Assembly: GCF_009914755.1 (NCBI RefSeq)
Contig: NC_060928.1
Strand: one strand, 5' to 3'
DNA length: 64,000 nt
Origin: the human T2T-CHM13v2.0 reference genome, Homo sapiens
Of this stretch, positions 13,955-27,859 are shown one piece after another. A model generated the notes under the pieces. It saw nothing but the letters and a program-made list of their open reading frames with translations. It had not been told where the DNA came from and ran no database searches. Each line of letters begins with the position of its first letter. Positions within the stretch are counted from its first letter, which is position 1. Position numbers and translations under genes: made by a program.

Positions 13955-14172
13955 GACTTGTACTTTCCAAAATAGTAGCTACAGGGAATATGTGGCTATT
14001 TAAATTTAAATTAGTTAAAAGCAAATAAAAGTAAATTTTCAGTGTCTTAGCCACACAACATAAGCCACAATTCAAAGTATTTAATAGCAACATGTGCCAA
14101 GTGGCTACAATATTGGACAAAGCAGATGTAAAACATTTTCACTATTCAAGAGAGTTCTATTGGACAGAACTA
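13955..14172 (-). mobile_element. MER3 (hAT-Charlie) MITE
   Basis: atgtggctatttaaatttaaatta...gtggctacaatattggaca...gttctattggacag. Confidence 0.85.
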
Positions 14173-15777
14173 ATCTAGACAGTAAAAATCTCTTTTAGGT
14201 GTTCCCATTGCTTTCCAAAGTTAGTATTAATTATACCACACAATCTGAATTTTAAGCCCAAATAGTTGAAACATTACAGGTAAAAATCTTTTCAGGGATT
14301 TTTGTGTGATGATTTAACAAACTGATAGACAAACTTAATTTTGGAGCTCTGGTTGTCCAACTCTAATTGCTCATCATTCCTGAAGGATTTTCTCAGTCCT
14401 TTTTAGAAAACCTCCAATAAATATTATTTATTTAAGCAGATGAAAAAGAATTATACCATCTTCCTGAAAATATTGGCTACCAAATTGAAATGGGCCTATG
14501 CCTGAATCCCTTATGCAGGGTTTTTCATTTAACCAAATTCATAGCACCCACACTCACAAAGCTCTTTTAGTATGGGCATTGGCAGGAGTATGGAAAGACA
14601 ACCGTATATTATTTGCTAATTGTTAGTGCATGTTTCTCTGTTCATAGAAATATCTTTGGAAACACTTGTCTCTGTTCAGCTGCAAATCTTGATCACTTCC
14701 TTACAGACCTATTTTTATTCCATTGTAGTGTATGTTGAAGCTTACAGAATTGCAATATATTATAAATCACAAACATCTTAAAATGGATAATTTGCTGTTA
14801 CTCTGTGATTTCATTTTATTGCCTTAAGTTGTCACCTGTTGTCATCTCCACTAACCTCAGGCAGCTGGCAGTTTTTAAATGATCTGTTTTACTATATACT
14901 TTTTGAAAGCATTAGATAGAACTCGGTATTAAATATTGTTGTCTAGAAAGCAGAGGGCAAGATTTGTGAGAAAATAAGCTTTTAAACCACTTCATTTTTA
15001 GTTATACAATGTGGGAGACTAGAGCAAATGAGTAATAAAAAGCAAAACAATTGAGATGCTTAGCATGCTAAATTAAGAATTTATAGTCTGAATGATGTCT
15101 GTGTTATCTCATTCAATTTTCTATTATTGCACATCTTAAACAATTATGAACAGAGATGACATAGCAATTTTTGCTTATAAATCTACAAGGGAGATAAATA
15201 TAGCAACTTCTATTGATAGTAATGTTAATTGGTCTAATGTTCCCAAAACAAAGAAAAACTCATATTGGAAGAAAGGAACATTTTGAGCAAGTGGAACTGG
15301 CTACAAAAGCTAATGTGATATATTTTTCTTTTAAAACAGATGGAACATTTACTACTTTAAAATGGTAGTGACAGCACATGAAGTTCATATAAATACATAT
15401 TACAAGTACCCTGAGAAATAAGTGATGTGCCTGGAGTTAAAAAATAAATAACTATAAAATAAAGGGGATTAGAATTTAATATTTTGCAATAATACATAAT
15501 ACTTGTTTCATAAAATGTGCTAACTATGAACATATTGGTGACTCAATGTTTTCCCTACCAAAAGAACTTAGTATTGCTGTCCTTTTCAAAGATTCTGCCT
15601 TGAAATCTATTTGAAATTATCTCAGATTAATGCCTGGAATAATAAGTCTAAGTCATATAAGACAGTCATGATTATAGGGGTATTTTTTTGTTCTATGTAT
15701 GTAAAAATTGCTTTTTAATCCTACCAATAAATAAAATCAACTTCAACTAATACACCAGATCAGTTTATTGGCTTAAG

Positions 15778-17664
15778 GAGTCCATTTGTGTTTCTCTAAA
15801 GAAATACCTGACATTGGGTAAGTTACAAAGAAAAGAGGTTTATTTTGACCCATAGTTCTGCATGCTGCACAAGAAGGGTGGTGCTGGCATTTGCTTCTGG
15901 TGAGGGCCTCAGGAAGCTTTCAATCATGGCAGAAAGTGAGAGGAGAGTAGGCATGTCACAAAGAGAGACATGCCTTCATTCTCTCCTTGACTTCATGTTT
16001 CACATCCAGGGCACATTGGTGCAAAAGGTGAGACTCCAGGGCCTTGGGAAGCCCCACCCCTGTAGCTTTTCAGGTTAAGCACCATAGCTGCTCTCATGGG
16101 TTGAAGTTGACTGTCTTTAGCTTTTCCAAGGTCAGGGTATAAGCTGCCAGAGGCTGTACCATCCTGCAGTCTGAAGGGCAGCAGCTCCCTTTCCACAGCT
16201 CTGCTAGGCAGTGTTGGGTGGGGACTCTGTGTTGTGGCTCTAACTTCACATTTCCCTTCAGCATGTTCCTAGTAGAGTTTCTCTGTGGGGGATCAACCCC
16301 TGCTGCAGGCTTCTGCCTAGGCACCCCAGCTTTTTCATACATCCTCTAAAATCTAGTTATTAGGTTGGTGCAAAAGTAATTGACATTACTTTTAATGGTA
16401 AAAAAACTAATAGAAGCTGCCATGCCTCCTTCACTCTTGCATTCTGCACACCTGAAGACCTAATGCCATGTAAAAATGCCCCCTGGAGATGTGGCCAGAG
16501 TAGTATCTGAGACTCTTTGAGCCGAGACTGGAGTTAGAGCAGCTGAGATGTAGAGAACAGTGTCCCAAGTTGGTAGAAAGTGGTGCCTCAAGCCTAGTCT
16601 TGGCTATTAGCACCTGGTTCCATTTTAGTCATGCTAATCTCTCTAGCAAGTGATTATCCACAGCCTGCTTCAATTCCCCTGCTAAAAATGCTTTTTCCTT
16701 CTCTACCACATGAACAGGTTGGAAATTTCCAAGATTTACACTTTGCTTCCCTTTGAATTTTCAGTTTCAATTTTATTTCTTTCCTCCTATATTCAATTGT
16801 AGGCTGTTAGAAGCAGCCAGGCTACTTCTTGGACACATTGCTGCTTAGAAGTTTCTTCTGCAAGTACCCAAGGTCATTGCTCTTAAGTTACACCTTCCAA
16901 AAATCCCTAGGGTATGAACACAATGCAGCCAAGCTCTCTGCTAAGACATAACATGGATGATGTTTACTCCAGTTCCCAATAAGTTCATCATTTCAATCTG
17001 AGACCTCATCAGACTGGCCTTTGCCATATATATTTCTATCAGCATTTTGGTCATAATCATTTAATCGGCCTCTAAGAACTTCCAAACTTTCCCTTATCTT
17101 CCTATCTTCTGAGACCTCCAAACTCTTCCAACTTCTGCCCATTGCCCAGTTTCAAAGCTGCTTCCACATTTTCAAGTATTTTTATAGCAACTCTCCACTC
17201 CTTGGTACCAGTTTTCTGTATTAGTCCATCTATATTAATATAAAGAAATACCTGAAACTGGGTAAGTTGTAAATAAAAGAGATTTATTTTAGCTCATGGT
17301 TCTATAGGCTGCACAGGAAGTATGGTGCTGCCATTTGCTTCTACTTAGGGCCTTAGGAAGGTTACAGTCATAGCAGAAAACAAAGAAGGAGCAAGCACAT
17401 CACATGGTAAGGGAGAGGGAGTGAGGGAGAGGCCAGGCTCTTTTAAACACCCAGCTCTTGCATGAACTAATAGACAGAGAACTCATTCATCCCCAAAGTA
17501 TAAATTTGTACTGTCTTAAAACTGAGATTCAGTTGGGTGGTACCAAGACATTTATCAGGAATGCTCCCCCATGATCCAACACCTTCCACTATGTCCCACA
17601 TTGAACATTGGGGATTACATTTCAACATGGTATTTGGAAGAGACACATACCCAAACATGTCACA
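15778..17664 (-). mobile_element. MaLR MST provirus: full 5' LTR (17218-17664), internal region, deletion-truncated 3' LTR (15778-15970)
   Basis: Two copies of agtccat...aaagaaatacctga...gggtaagtt...aaaagag flank MST-int sequence (ttcacatccagggcacattggtgcaaaagg, ctccagttcccaataagttc). Confidence 0.9.
16360..16410. mobile_element. Internally deleted MADE1 (Hsmar1-derived mariner MITE) inside MST-int
   Basis: ttaggttggtgcaaaagtaattg...cattacttttaatgg...ctaa, flanked by TA on both sides. Confidence 0.85.
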
Positions 17665-18119
17665 GAATCAGACAAGTTTTAGAGAAGTGATTAGATATTG
17701 GAGATAGATTCATCTGCTAGTCTTTAGTTACTTTTTTCAGTTTCGACATATACACAAGTAAGGTGTCTTTTGCTTTTTAATGAAAATCAATTTGAATAAA
17801 ACCCAAGCACCATTTGTGCTAAAATATATATATCTTAATTTCTAATATAGTATACACTCTTCAAATGAGAAATAAAAGAAAACATCAATGTTTTGTTAGT
17901 GTATTCTAATAAATGAATATAAGTTTAAAAGGTGATAAAGTAATAGATAGTGCATTTGTAGCATATTCTGTTGGTAAATGAATATGACTTACTATACCTT
18001 AGATTTTTTTCAATGTTTGATATGCTTGGCCTGTGTTTATTTCTAAATATATATCAATGAAATCTAAAGCAATTCTTGGTTATAAGAAGTGGAAATGCCT
18101 GAATAAAAAGGAAGGTGAG

Positions 18120-18407
18120 GGTGGGTGCAGTAGCTCATGCCTGTAATCCCAACATTTTGGGAGGCCAAGGCAGAAGGAATGCTTGAGTCCAGGAGTTCAA
18201 AAATAGCAAGAGACTGTCTCTACAAAAAAATAAAAAAAATTAGTTGGGCATGATGGCATACAACCGTAGTCCCAGTTGCTCAAGAGACTGAGCCTGGAGG
18301 ATTACCTCATTCCAGCATGTAAAGTCTGCAGTGAGCCACAATTACACCACTGCACTCCAGCCTGAATGACAGTGAGACCTTGTCTCAAATAAACAAACAA
18401 ACAAAAA
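18120..18407 (+). mobile_element. Alu (AluJ-like)
   Basis: Diverged dimeric Alu with (CAAA)n tail. Confidence 0.93.
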
Positions 18408-19295
18408 ATCAAAGGCATATTTTAGTAATTGAATTGAAATAAAATTGGAATCATTAGAATGTTTTTGTATAAATTTGTACTGTCTTAAAATTGAGATTCA
18501 GTTCATTTTTCTGAGTTCAAGTATGGGGACTAGATTAAAATTCAGAATCCATACTGTTAAACACAGGTCACGACTGTAATTATAACTTGCATCTTAATTT
18601 TAAAAGGAAATAATGTTAAACTCCAAATATTCTCAGTGTGGAAATATGTATAAAAACAGGCATTTCATATTTTCACCTAGTACATAATTTACTATTATAT
18701 ACAAATTGGTAACCAATAATGCTAATGAAATTAATAAATTTAATAAACCCTGATATTAGGTAAATCAGTTACTAATATCATTTTATAAAATACAGAATAA
18801 TGATATATAAGAGCTATGTTAAACATATTTCTTTATCAGAACATTATTTTAATCATCAAATTTTTTAAGGCAGGTAGAAATAATAGTAAATTGAATAGTA
18901 GGTCTATACATAAAAATTATCACTTTTTATGTACTTAATTCAATTCATATATAAGCCACTCCTCTATCTGAAGAGACAAAAGAGCAAGAGCAAGTCTCTT
19001 CTTTTTTTTAGCCTGGAAGCTACTATTAGGAAATACAGGCTCTGAACTTTCTCAAGGAGAAATGTTCTTAGTCTGGGACCTTTACCTTCTACAAGCATGT
19101 TATTAAATTTTAGTTCATAGAACAGAAACCCTCGAACTTATTTTAAAAGCCTGCAAAGAAAGATAAGACAAGGTCAGCTCTGTAACTCTTTAGTCCTAAT
19201 ATATTAACAGCACTAACTTAGATTACGCATGTTTCCCTCTCACAAAGATGAAATTCAAGGTACGTGTATAGAAGAGACAGAGGGAAATGACATGC

Positions 19296-20323
19296 ATTGA
19301 TGTGTTGCTTAAGTACAAGGATACATTCTGAGAAGTGAGTCCTTAGGCAATTTCACTCTTGTACAAACATTGTACAGCATATACTTACACAAACCCACTA
19401 CACACTTAGGCTATATGGTATGGCCGATTGCATAGGTCACAAACCTGTGTAGCATGTTAGTGTACTGAATGCTATAGACAATTTTAAATCAATGGTGAGT
19501 ATTTGGGTATCTAACCACAGAAAGGATACAGTAAAATTACTATACGAAAGATTTTAAAACATAGTTCACCCATATAGGGCATTTATCATGAATGGAGTTT
19601 GCAGGACAGAAAGTTGCTCAGGGTAAGTCAGGGAGTGGTGAGTGAATGTGAAGACCTAGGGTATTACTGCACACTACTGTAGGCTTTATAAACACTGGAA
19701 ATAAGTTATATTATACTAAATTTATTTAAAGTATGTTTCTCTTTCTTCAATAATAAATTCGCCTTAGTATACTGTAACTTTTCTTTTCTACTTCATCAAC
19801 TTTTACATTGTTTTTAACTTTTTGACTCTTTTGTAATAACACAGGTAAAAAACACATTCCATAGCTGTACAAAATATTTTTATGTACTTATTTTACAAGC
19901 TTTTTTCTATTTTTAAATTTTTGTATAATTTGACTTTTTAAGCTTTTTTGTTAAAAACTAAAACACAAACACACACATTAGTCTAAGCCTACACATGGTC
20001 AGGATAATCAGCACCACTGTCTCTCACCTTCACATCTTGTTCCACTGGGACGTCTTAATGGGCCATAACATGCGTAGAGCTGTTGCCTCCAATGATAATG
20101 ATCCCTTCTTCTGGAATACCTCCTGAAGAACCTGCCTGTGGCTATTTTGCAGTTAGCTTTTAAAAAAATACAAATAGGAGGAGTACACTCCAAAATAATG
20201 ATTAAAAGTATACTATAGGAAATACTAGGTGATAGTAATTTTTAGACTCATTTAAAATCTTATGGAACCACCATCATAAATGTAGTCCCTCATGACCAAC
20301 ATTCATTATGCAGAGGATGATTG
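19296..20323 (+). mobile_element. Tigger3b-like (Tc1/pogo) DNA transposon
   Basis: ggatacattctgagaag...acttacacaaac...ggctatatggtat...gaatggagtttgcaggac...atcttatggaaccaccatc...ttatgcagaggatgattg. Confidence 0.85.
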
Positions 20324-20589
20324 TACTAAAATATGTGTTTCTTAATATATATTATTTCATTTTTATGTAAATAAATATTTAAAAATCTTCCAGTGCCCTA
20401 TGCTTTAAAAATCTAATGATTCAAAACTATATTTTAAATCAAACCGAAATACATTTAGCTAAAACAAACTTTTAAGTTTAACAATTGTGAAATATAGTTA
20501 AGAAGACAGCATGTATAACTACAAGTCTTTTCCAATATTTTTGAAGGACTTTTTAAGTTCTTTATCTTCCATGGCAATAAAGATATGAG

Positions 20590-21512
20590 TCCAGTTAAAA
20601 AAATGGGTAAATGATCTGAATACACATTTATCAAAAGAAGACATAAAAATGGGCAATAGGTATATGAAAAAATGTTTAACATCACTAATTAGAGAAATGC
20701 AAATTAAAATTACAATGCAATATTATCTCACACCAGTTAAAATGGCTTTTATCCAAAAGACTTCATACACTGTTGGGAGAATGTAAATTACTACAACCAC
20801 TATGGAGAGCAGTATGGAGGTTCCTCAAAAAACTAAAAATGTAACTACCATTTCGTCCAGCAATCTCACTGCTGGGTACATATCCAAAAGGAAGAAAATT
20901 GGTATATCAAAGAGTTATCTGCACTCTCATGTTTATTGTAGCACTATTCACAATAGCCATTATATTGAATCAACCCAATTGTCCATCAATAGATGAATGG
21001 ATAAAGAAAATGTATATATACACAATGAAATATTATTTATCCATAAAAAAAGAATAAAACCCTGTCATTTGCAACAACATGGATGGAACTGTTGGACACA
21101 CAAAGATAAATATCACATTCTCCCTAATATAGGGACCTAAAAATATAATGAATTCACGAAGATAGAGTAGAAAAATAGTTACCAGAGGTAAAGTGTATTG
21201 GGGAGTGGTAATAAAGAAAAGATGGTTAATGGGTACAAAATATGGTTAGAAAGAAGGAATAAGTTCTGGTGTTCACTTATACAGAAAGGTAATTATAGTT
21301 ATCAATAATTTATTATGTAATTCAAAATAACTAAAAGAATAGAATGTGAATGCTCCTAATAAAAAGAAATTATAAATACTTGAGGTGATGGACACCCCAA
21401 TTTCCCTGATTTGATCATTACACATGGCATGCTTATATCAAAATATCAAATGGACCCCATAAATATGTACAACTAGTATGTATCCATAACAATTAAAAAT
21501 TAAAAAATATAA
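20590..21512 (+). mobile_element. 5'-truncated L1 (L1MA3/4-like) 3' end
   Basis: ORF2 C-terminal remnant plus 3'UTR ending cctgatttgatcattacacat...gtatccataacaattaaaaattaaaaaa. Confidence 0.9.
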
Positions 21513-22934
21513 TTAAGACGTGACAGTTCTTTGTTAGGCTTTACATTTTTTGAACAAATTATCCATGTAGGCATTTCTCTTTGATTTTTGTCTATAAGAT
21601 AGTATGATTTCCTACATGCATTGGAGAGATCTAATGATCCATCTGTACACATATATATATTCATATCTAAATATTGTATGTACCCACATACCTATATTTG
21701 TATGTACACATAATCATATATATGTTTTCATGTGGTATTAGAAGTTAATGTGAAATATACAAATATGTCTTTATATTTTTATATAACACATCGTTTATCA
21801 GAAAGTTTCAGGTTATTTATAATAAATTTTCATTTCAATGGTATGTGTTTAGAACTATTGAAAAATAAGTCATTTCACACTTGATGCCCAAAGTAGTCAG
21901 TATAGTGAATTTAACTTGATTCCTATGAAGTTCTCTTTTCCAGATACCCCTTATAATTACTTTTGAATATTTAGAAAGCCATTGCCTTACTCCTGCACCT
22001 TTGTTCCTGGGGGAGAATCATCCAAGTCCACTCAGATGGAAAAAAATAAAATGTATAATGCTGAACTTATTATTTAAAACTTTAGTGTTAATAGAAAAAA
22101 ATGGAAAATGATGCAATTCTGTCTCAACTAGAATATTGACTCTGAGAAATTGTCTATAAATTGGACTGCCTACTGGTAATGTAGCCTGAAATTTTTCTTC
22201 ATGAATCCTGATACTTTCATTCCCCTGAAAATAAGTTATCAATAGTTACAGAAATAAAAGGTATATATGTTACTAGCTTATAATGAAGAGATCTAAAGAG
22301 GATCTTCTTTTCCAAGATTAAAATCAGCATGTAGTAGCTCCTACTTTAATATGTGGTTCTCATAGGATAGTAGTACTCATAATAGCAGCAATAGGATTAG
22401 TACTAGCAGTAGTGGCATCTTGGTGTTCTTGAATGCAAATTTAACATTTTATAATATATATTTCATATTACCATCCCAAAATGTTTCTTATAACTTCTTA
22501 GAATTCTGAAAAACTCAGGAACTTCCTTTCCACAGTAGTTTTTGAAGAATTCTATTACATAACACCTTTTTATCTGGACAATTAGCAAGTTTAAAATTCT
22601 TGTATTTCCTGATTGATTATAATAGCAATAAAATGTAATACTTACAAAACTTGAACACTTAATAATTTCCAGAATGCTATCAAAATGAATAGTATAGAAT
22701 GTAATATTGGAATGAAGTACAGATTAATATGTTTTGACAAAGATAATGCATAGACTATTGAGGCAAATGATACTGTCAACATATGTTTTTTATTTCTTTA
22801 ATTTCTTAGAAGCAAATATGGTAAATATTTTTCTTTGCTTTTAAAAATATAACAGTGCAATAACTATTGACACTTAGCTTTAGCATTTGGAAATAAAGAG
22901 CACTAGAGACATTGATGACTATAAGACTCATAGC

Positions 22935-23064
22935 TATAGTAACCCTACATCTCCATTTGCCTGAGACAAATCTGGCTTCTGCCTGATAATGAGAAATGCA
23001 ATTTAATGAGATTCTCTTTCATCCCCCAAACTGTAGCACTTTGCTGATGAATTGTGGTGACTCA
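22935..23064 (+). mobile_element. MER94 (hAT-Blackjack) MITE
   Basis: gtaaccctacatctccatttgcctgagaca...tttgctgatgaattgtggtgactc, ~130 bp with degenerate TIRs. Confidence 0.6.
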
Positions 23065-23849
23065 ATTCTGACACATCTAAAATATTCAGTTTATGCCATA
23101 TAAACTTGATATTGTCAGATATTCCGGTTTTAAAAATAAATGTTAGAGTTTAAATATTCGAATTTGTATATTATTATTGATTTTAAAGTATTGACAATTT
23201 ATTCAAATACTCTACAAGCCTAAGTAAGTCCATACTATGTAAGCCAATAGAACAAAATTAATTTTGACTTATAGCCAGTATGACAAACACTCATCTATTC
23301 TGAAAAATAATGTAAAGAGGATTTTTCACTAATCATTGAGAAGAAAATGCTGATTTGCTTGCTTTTGTCTTTCTTTTACATATTGATGATCATAAAGTCA
23401 TAGGGTAGATTTTTAAAATATTTTCAAAATAACACTATAAAATAGCACACAATTCCTAATTGCCTATCAGCCAGAAATAGAGTTTTAATTGAATTTCCTT
23501 AAGATAGTTTGGCTAAAGTGTAAATATTATTAACAGTGGTCTTCTATGCTGTCCATCTCTTCCTAGTTCACTTATGCATACTTTCCACCTCATTTTAAAT
23601 TTTTCTCAAGACAGATATTTGTTAAACTATGATAACAGAAAATTATGTTTTTTAATATGTTATTGAAATATGGGTTTTAAGTGAAAACAAATGAGAAAGA
23701 CGGAAGTGAGAGTTGAGAGCCATGAGTATGGAATTGAAAATTGGATTCACAAGCCATATTGCCTCTCTATTACCTGAGCAATTAATTACACCTATCTTTG
23801 GAAGTTTTGAGATGGAATTAAAGCACTAGTATTTGTAAAATATTTGAGC

Positions 23850-24015
23850 ACAATGGTGTGATTCTACAGGATTTGAAGTCAAGCAAAATTGACTTCAAAA
23901 TTTTGGTTCACTATTTACCAACTGTGCGAGTCTGGACAAGTTAGGTAAACTTGATAATTCTCAGTATCCTTATAAATAATAGAAATAATAAACCAACTTT
24001 TCAAGATTATGAGGC
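23850..24015 (+). mobile_element. MIR
   Basis: ggatttgaagtcaag...tttaccaactgtgcgagtctggacaagtta...tctcagtatccttataaataatagaaataata. Confidence 0.7.
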
Positions 24016-25055
24016 TTCATAATTTGTGTGTGTGTGCATGTGTATTTTCTTCTTCTTTCCTGGAGAAAGTCTCAAAAATGATAGGTGTTTCTGATAGGTG
24101 GTATATATTTCAAAGGACATTGATCCTAAGAGCATTTTCACGATGAGGAGACTCTTCTGTTTCAATTATTTGTTCTGTTGCTGTGGTTGCTTTTATTTTT
24201 AATTCTCTGCTGACTACCCAGTAGTACATATTCGAGGCATAATATACAGTTAGGAATAAGATGTCATTTATTTGGGTGCACTTTATAACAGTTTTAGATT
24301 CCCCTTTGTAACTGACATGAGAAAATAGCTACTTACCCACTCAGAGGAGTATCAAAGTCTATAAGTCTATTCAGAATTTAGAATTATCAGTTCCCAGAGA
24401 TTAGAAAAGGTAACATCCCTTGAAGAATAATGTAGTTGCTTTATTATTCTAATGAGCTCTAAGATAAATCATGAAGAAAATTAAAAGTTTCTCTTCTCTG
24501 TGTGCTAGAATGGAAATCCTCTAATTAAAGAAACATTTTCTCTCCTACTCTGATTTATGCTCTTCTGTTTCTTGACCAGTATGCCTTTTATTGTATCAAC
24601 TTCGAAGATTCACACTGCTTCTTAGGAAAAACTTAAAGAGTTAAAGGCATGCTAGTGTTTCACAAGGTGTGGGGAAGGAAGGGAGCAGTTCACACTGAAT
24701 AAAAGAAATCTAACCTGTAGAAAATTTGCCCAGACTTGGTCCAGTAGCTATCAAACAGTAGGATGTTCTATATAATATGAACTTAGTAACCAAGCATCAC
24801 TGACTTTCAGGGTGCAACTTTTGGTTATAGCCCAAGTTGAATAAGTTTGTAATAATGGAAATACATGTCAAGAAGAATAGACCCTGTCATTAATTCAATT
24901 TTTTAAGGATTTGCAGGTAATTTTTACAAAAGAATAGTAGAGAATCAAAGGGAAAGCAGATGTGTCAACAAGGGAAGATTGTAAATTAAGGGATGCAGAT
25001 GTGTCAACGAGAGGAGATGCTAAGAACCTTAAGAAATTACCCTTGTGACAGGTTT

Positions 25056-25081
25056 TGTGTGTGTGTGTGTGTGTGTGTGTG
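25056..25081. repeat. (TG)n microsatellite
   Basis: Perfect TG run of about 13 units. Confidence 0.95.
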
Positions 25082-26940
25082 GTTTTTGGGCTAGTCCAAG
25101 TGAGTAATCATTTAAAACATTCCTATCCCTACACATGTATGCATACACGCCTTGTGCGAAAAATAAAGTTGTATATTCACTCAGCCTGGATTATACCACT
25201 TTCCTATACCTTCCTTGAGGCCAGAGAAGATGGTGAGTAGAGACAGCAAACAGCAGCTCATAGCCTAACTGCAAACTGAAGGGGAAGAACACTCTATGCT
25301 TCCTGAGTAAAAAATTCTAATGAAACCATAGTACTTAACCCTATAATTAAAATAAGTGACTTCTGAAAAAGGATGCAGTAGACATCTTTGTTCCATACAC
25401 AGTAGATACTATGAGCCATACTATGACATTTGGCTCAATTCAATACACATATAACATAAGCTTAATAGAATCTAAGAAAGAATTGTGCCAGTTGTTGGAC
25501 ATAAAATATATTCACTTATTATTCAATAAATCCTGAGGAAGCCTTTACAAATGTAATTCATTCGGTGAGCAAATATTTAAGAATAAGTAACAATATAAAT
25601 TTTAGAAATATTTCCCTTTTGAAAAATTCTAACAATCATAACAATAATTAACCTTGCGAGGCATTGTGATAACTAAACACTTCACATGTATTAATTATAA
25701 CTCCCTGCTATCTCACAAGGAAGGTAAAACATACTTACTTAAATTTAGACTGGATGAGTAACCTCCATTAAGAAAGACTGAAAATATCCAGAAAAATTAA
25801 ATAATTTTATAACTTTCTCCAACAACATAGCTAGAAATACAAATGAACAAGGAGATTGAATGAGCTAAATGTATTTCATTCATTCTCTGCTTCTGATTTC
25901 TCAGTTGCTTCTGTATAGGTAAAACAGGACATTAATTAAAATGAAAAGTTAAATGTGAATACTGAAAGTTGATCTGCTGTTTTATTTAAAATTGTAGCTA
26001 TCTAACATCCTTGTATAGTTAGTTTACTCAATTATAGACAAACTATAATCAATTCCAGCAAGACACATTAAAGGCCATTATTATGTAAGAAATCATACGG
26101 TATTTTATAGAGTATAAAATCTATTTCACCAGAAATAATACTTGCCTCTGCTGAATTATTTGAAAGACCTCTACTGAATGGACAGAATTAAGAAGAGAAA
26201 CTTCCTAATTTTTGAGCTCATGGGGACCAAATGAATAAACATCACGATAGAAATTTGGTGGACTTAGTCAAAACAATGACAAGATACATACAACTGTTAA
26301 ATGTGTTCACTGTACCATCAGTTCTCATATTGATTACAAGGGAAATTATAACCTCTCAAGCAGATGGAGTTGGGTTCCAGAGTTTGGCCTGAATCCTCTT
26401 CAATTCCCTGGAGCATTCTAGTTTTGTTGGGGAATAGGTTAAATAAAAGATGAATAGTTATTCCCTAGTGCAAAACCTGTCTCTCCCTTTTAATAAGATG
26501 TACTAACATCCCAATATGAATAGATAATGTTTGAGAACAAATGATATTGTTTTTCCTAGGATGGTAGATTGAAACTGTACCCTAAACTAATCAACAATAG
26601 CTGTCTACCATATTCAGTGCTCTTGTATCCTGTATAAACAAATAACCAAAATGATGAAACAGAAAGTTTGAGTGTTACTGAAACTGCTATTGAGTAACAA
26701 ATCTTGATGAATGTAATGTTTTAATTGTGGCATTTTAAGATCTAAAATAATTTCAGAATCACTCACAAGTGACATTTAATATACTTCATATATTAAATAT
26801 ATACTACTTAATTATATTATTGAAAACAAGACCTCATAATCTGTATTTGATATGTTAGATCACTTACAAAATTTCAAACATTCATTAAGACAAAAAGATT
26901 GTATTCTATAGTTATCTTAGATGAATTTAAATATAATGCT

Positions 26941-27859
26941 CATGGTTCCTAAAAAAAATAAAAATAAAATTACCATATGATTCAGTAATTCCACTTATGA
27001 GTATATAGCCAAAAGAATTAAAAGCAGGATCTTGGTGAGATACCTGTGTACCCATGTTTACAGCAGCAGTGTTCGCAATGGCTAAAACGTGAAAGCAGGC
27101 CAAGTGCCCTTCTACAAGTGACTGGATAAGCAAAATGCAGAACAGGCTGAGTATCCCTTACATGAGACCAGAGTGTCATAGATTTTTTATATTATTGGAT
27201 TTTTGAATATCATATATAAAGATATATATAGGGGAAGGAACCCAAGTATAAATAAGAAATTCATTTGTGTTTCATATACACTTTATGCACATAGCCTGAA
27301 AGTCATTCTATACAATATGTTTAATATTTTTGTGCATGAAACAAAGTTTGTGCTAAGTACTTATGTGTGGAATTTTTCACTTGTGGCATCATGTTAGTGA
27401 TCAAAAAGTCAGTTTCAGGTATTGGAGCATTTCAACTTTTGGGTTTTCAGATTAGGGACACTCAACATGCATATACCTACAAATAATATTACTCAGCCTT
27501 ATAAAAGAATGAGATGCTGACATATACTACAACTTGAATGAACTTTGAGGATAGCATACTGAATGAAATATCAGTCACAAAAAGACAGATACTATGTGAT
27601 TTCTTACATGAAGTTCTCTCAGTAGTCAAAATCATAGAGACAAAGTAGAATGGTGGTTGTGAGGCACGAGGGGGAAAAGGGAATAGGGAGTTATTGTTTA
27701 ATGGACACAGAGTTTTAATTTACAATATGAAAAGACTTATGGAGATGGATGGTGGTGATAGTTGGACAACATTATGAATGCACTTAATACCATTGAACTG
27801 TATACTTAAAATGTTGAAGTTATAGATTTCATATTATGTGTATTTTACCACAATAAAAA
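26941..27859 (+). mobile_element. L1MB-like 3' end interrupted by Tigger4
   Basis: attaccatatgattcagtaattccactt...ggagatggatggtggtgatagttggacaac...gtgtattttaccacaataaaaa. Confidence 0.88.
27143..27469 (+). mobile_element. Tigger4b-like (MER46/Zombi) DNA transposon
   Basis: Terminal inverted ends caggctgagtatccct ... attagggacactcaacatg. Confidence 0.85.
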
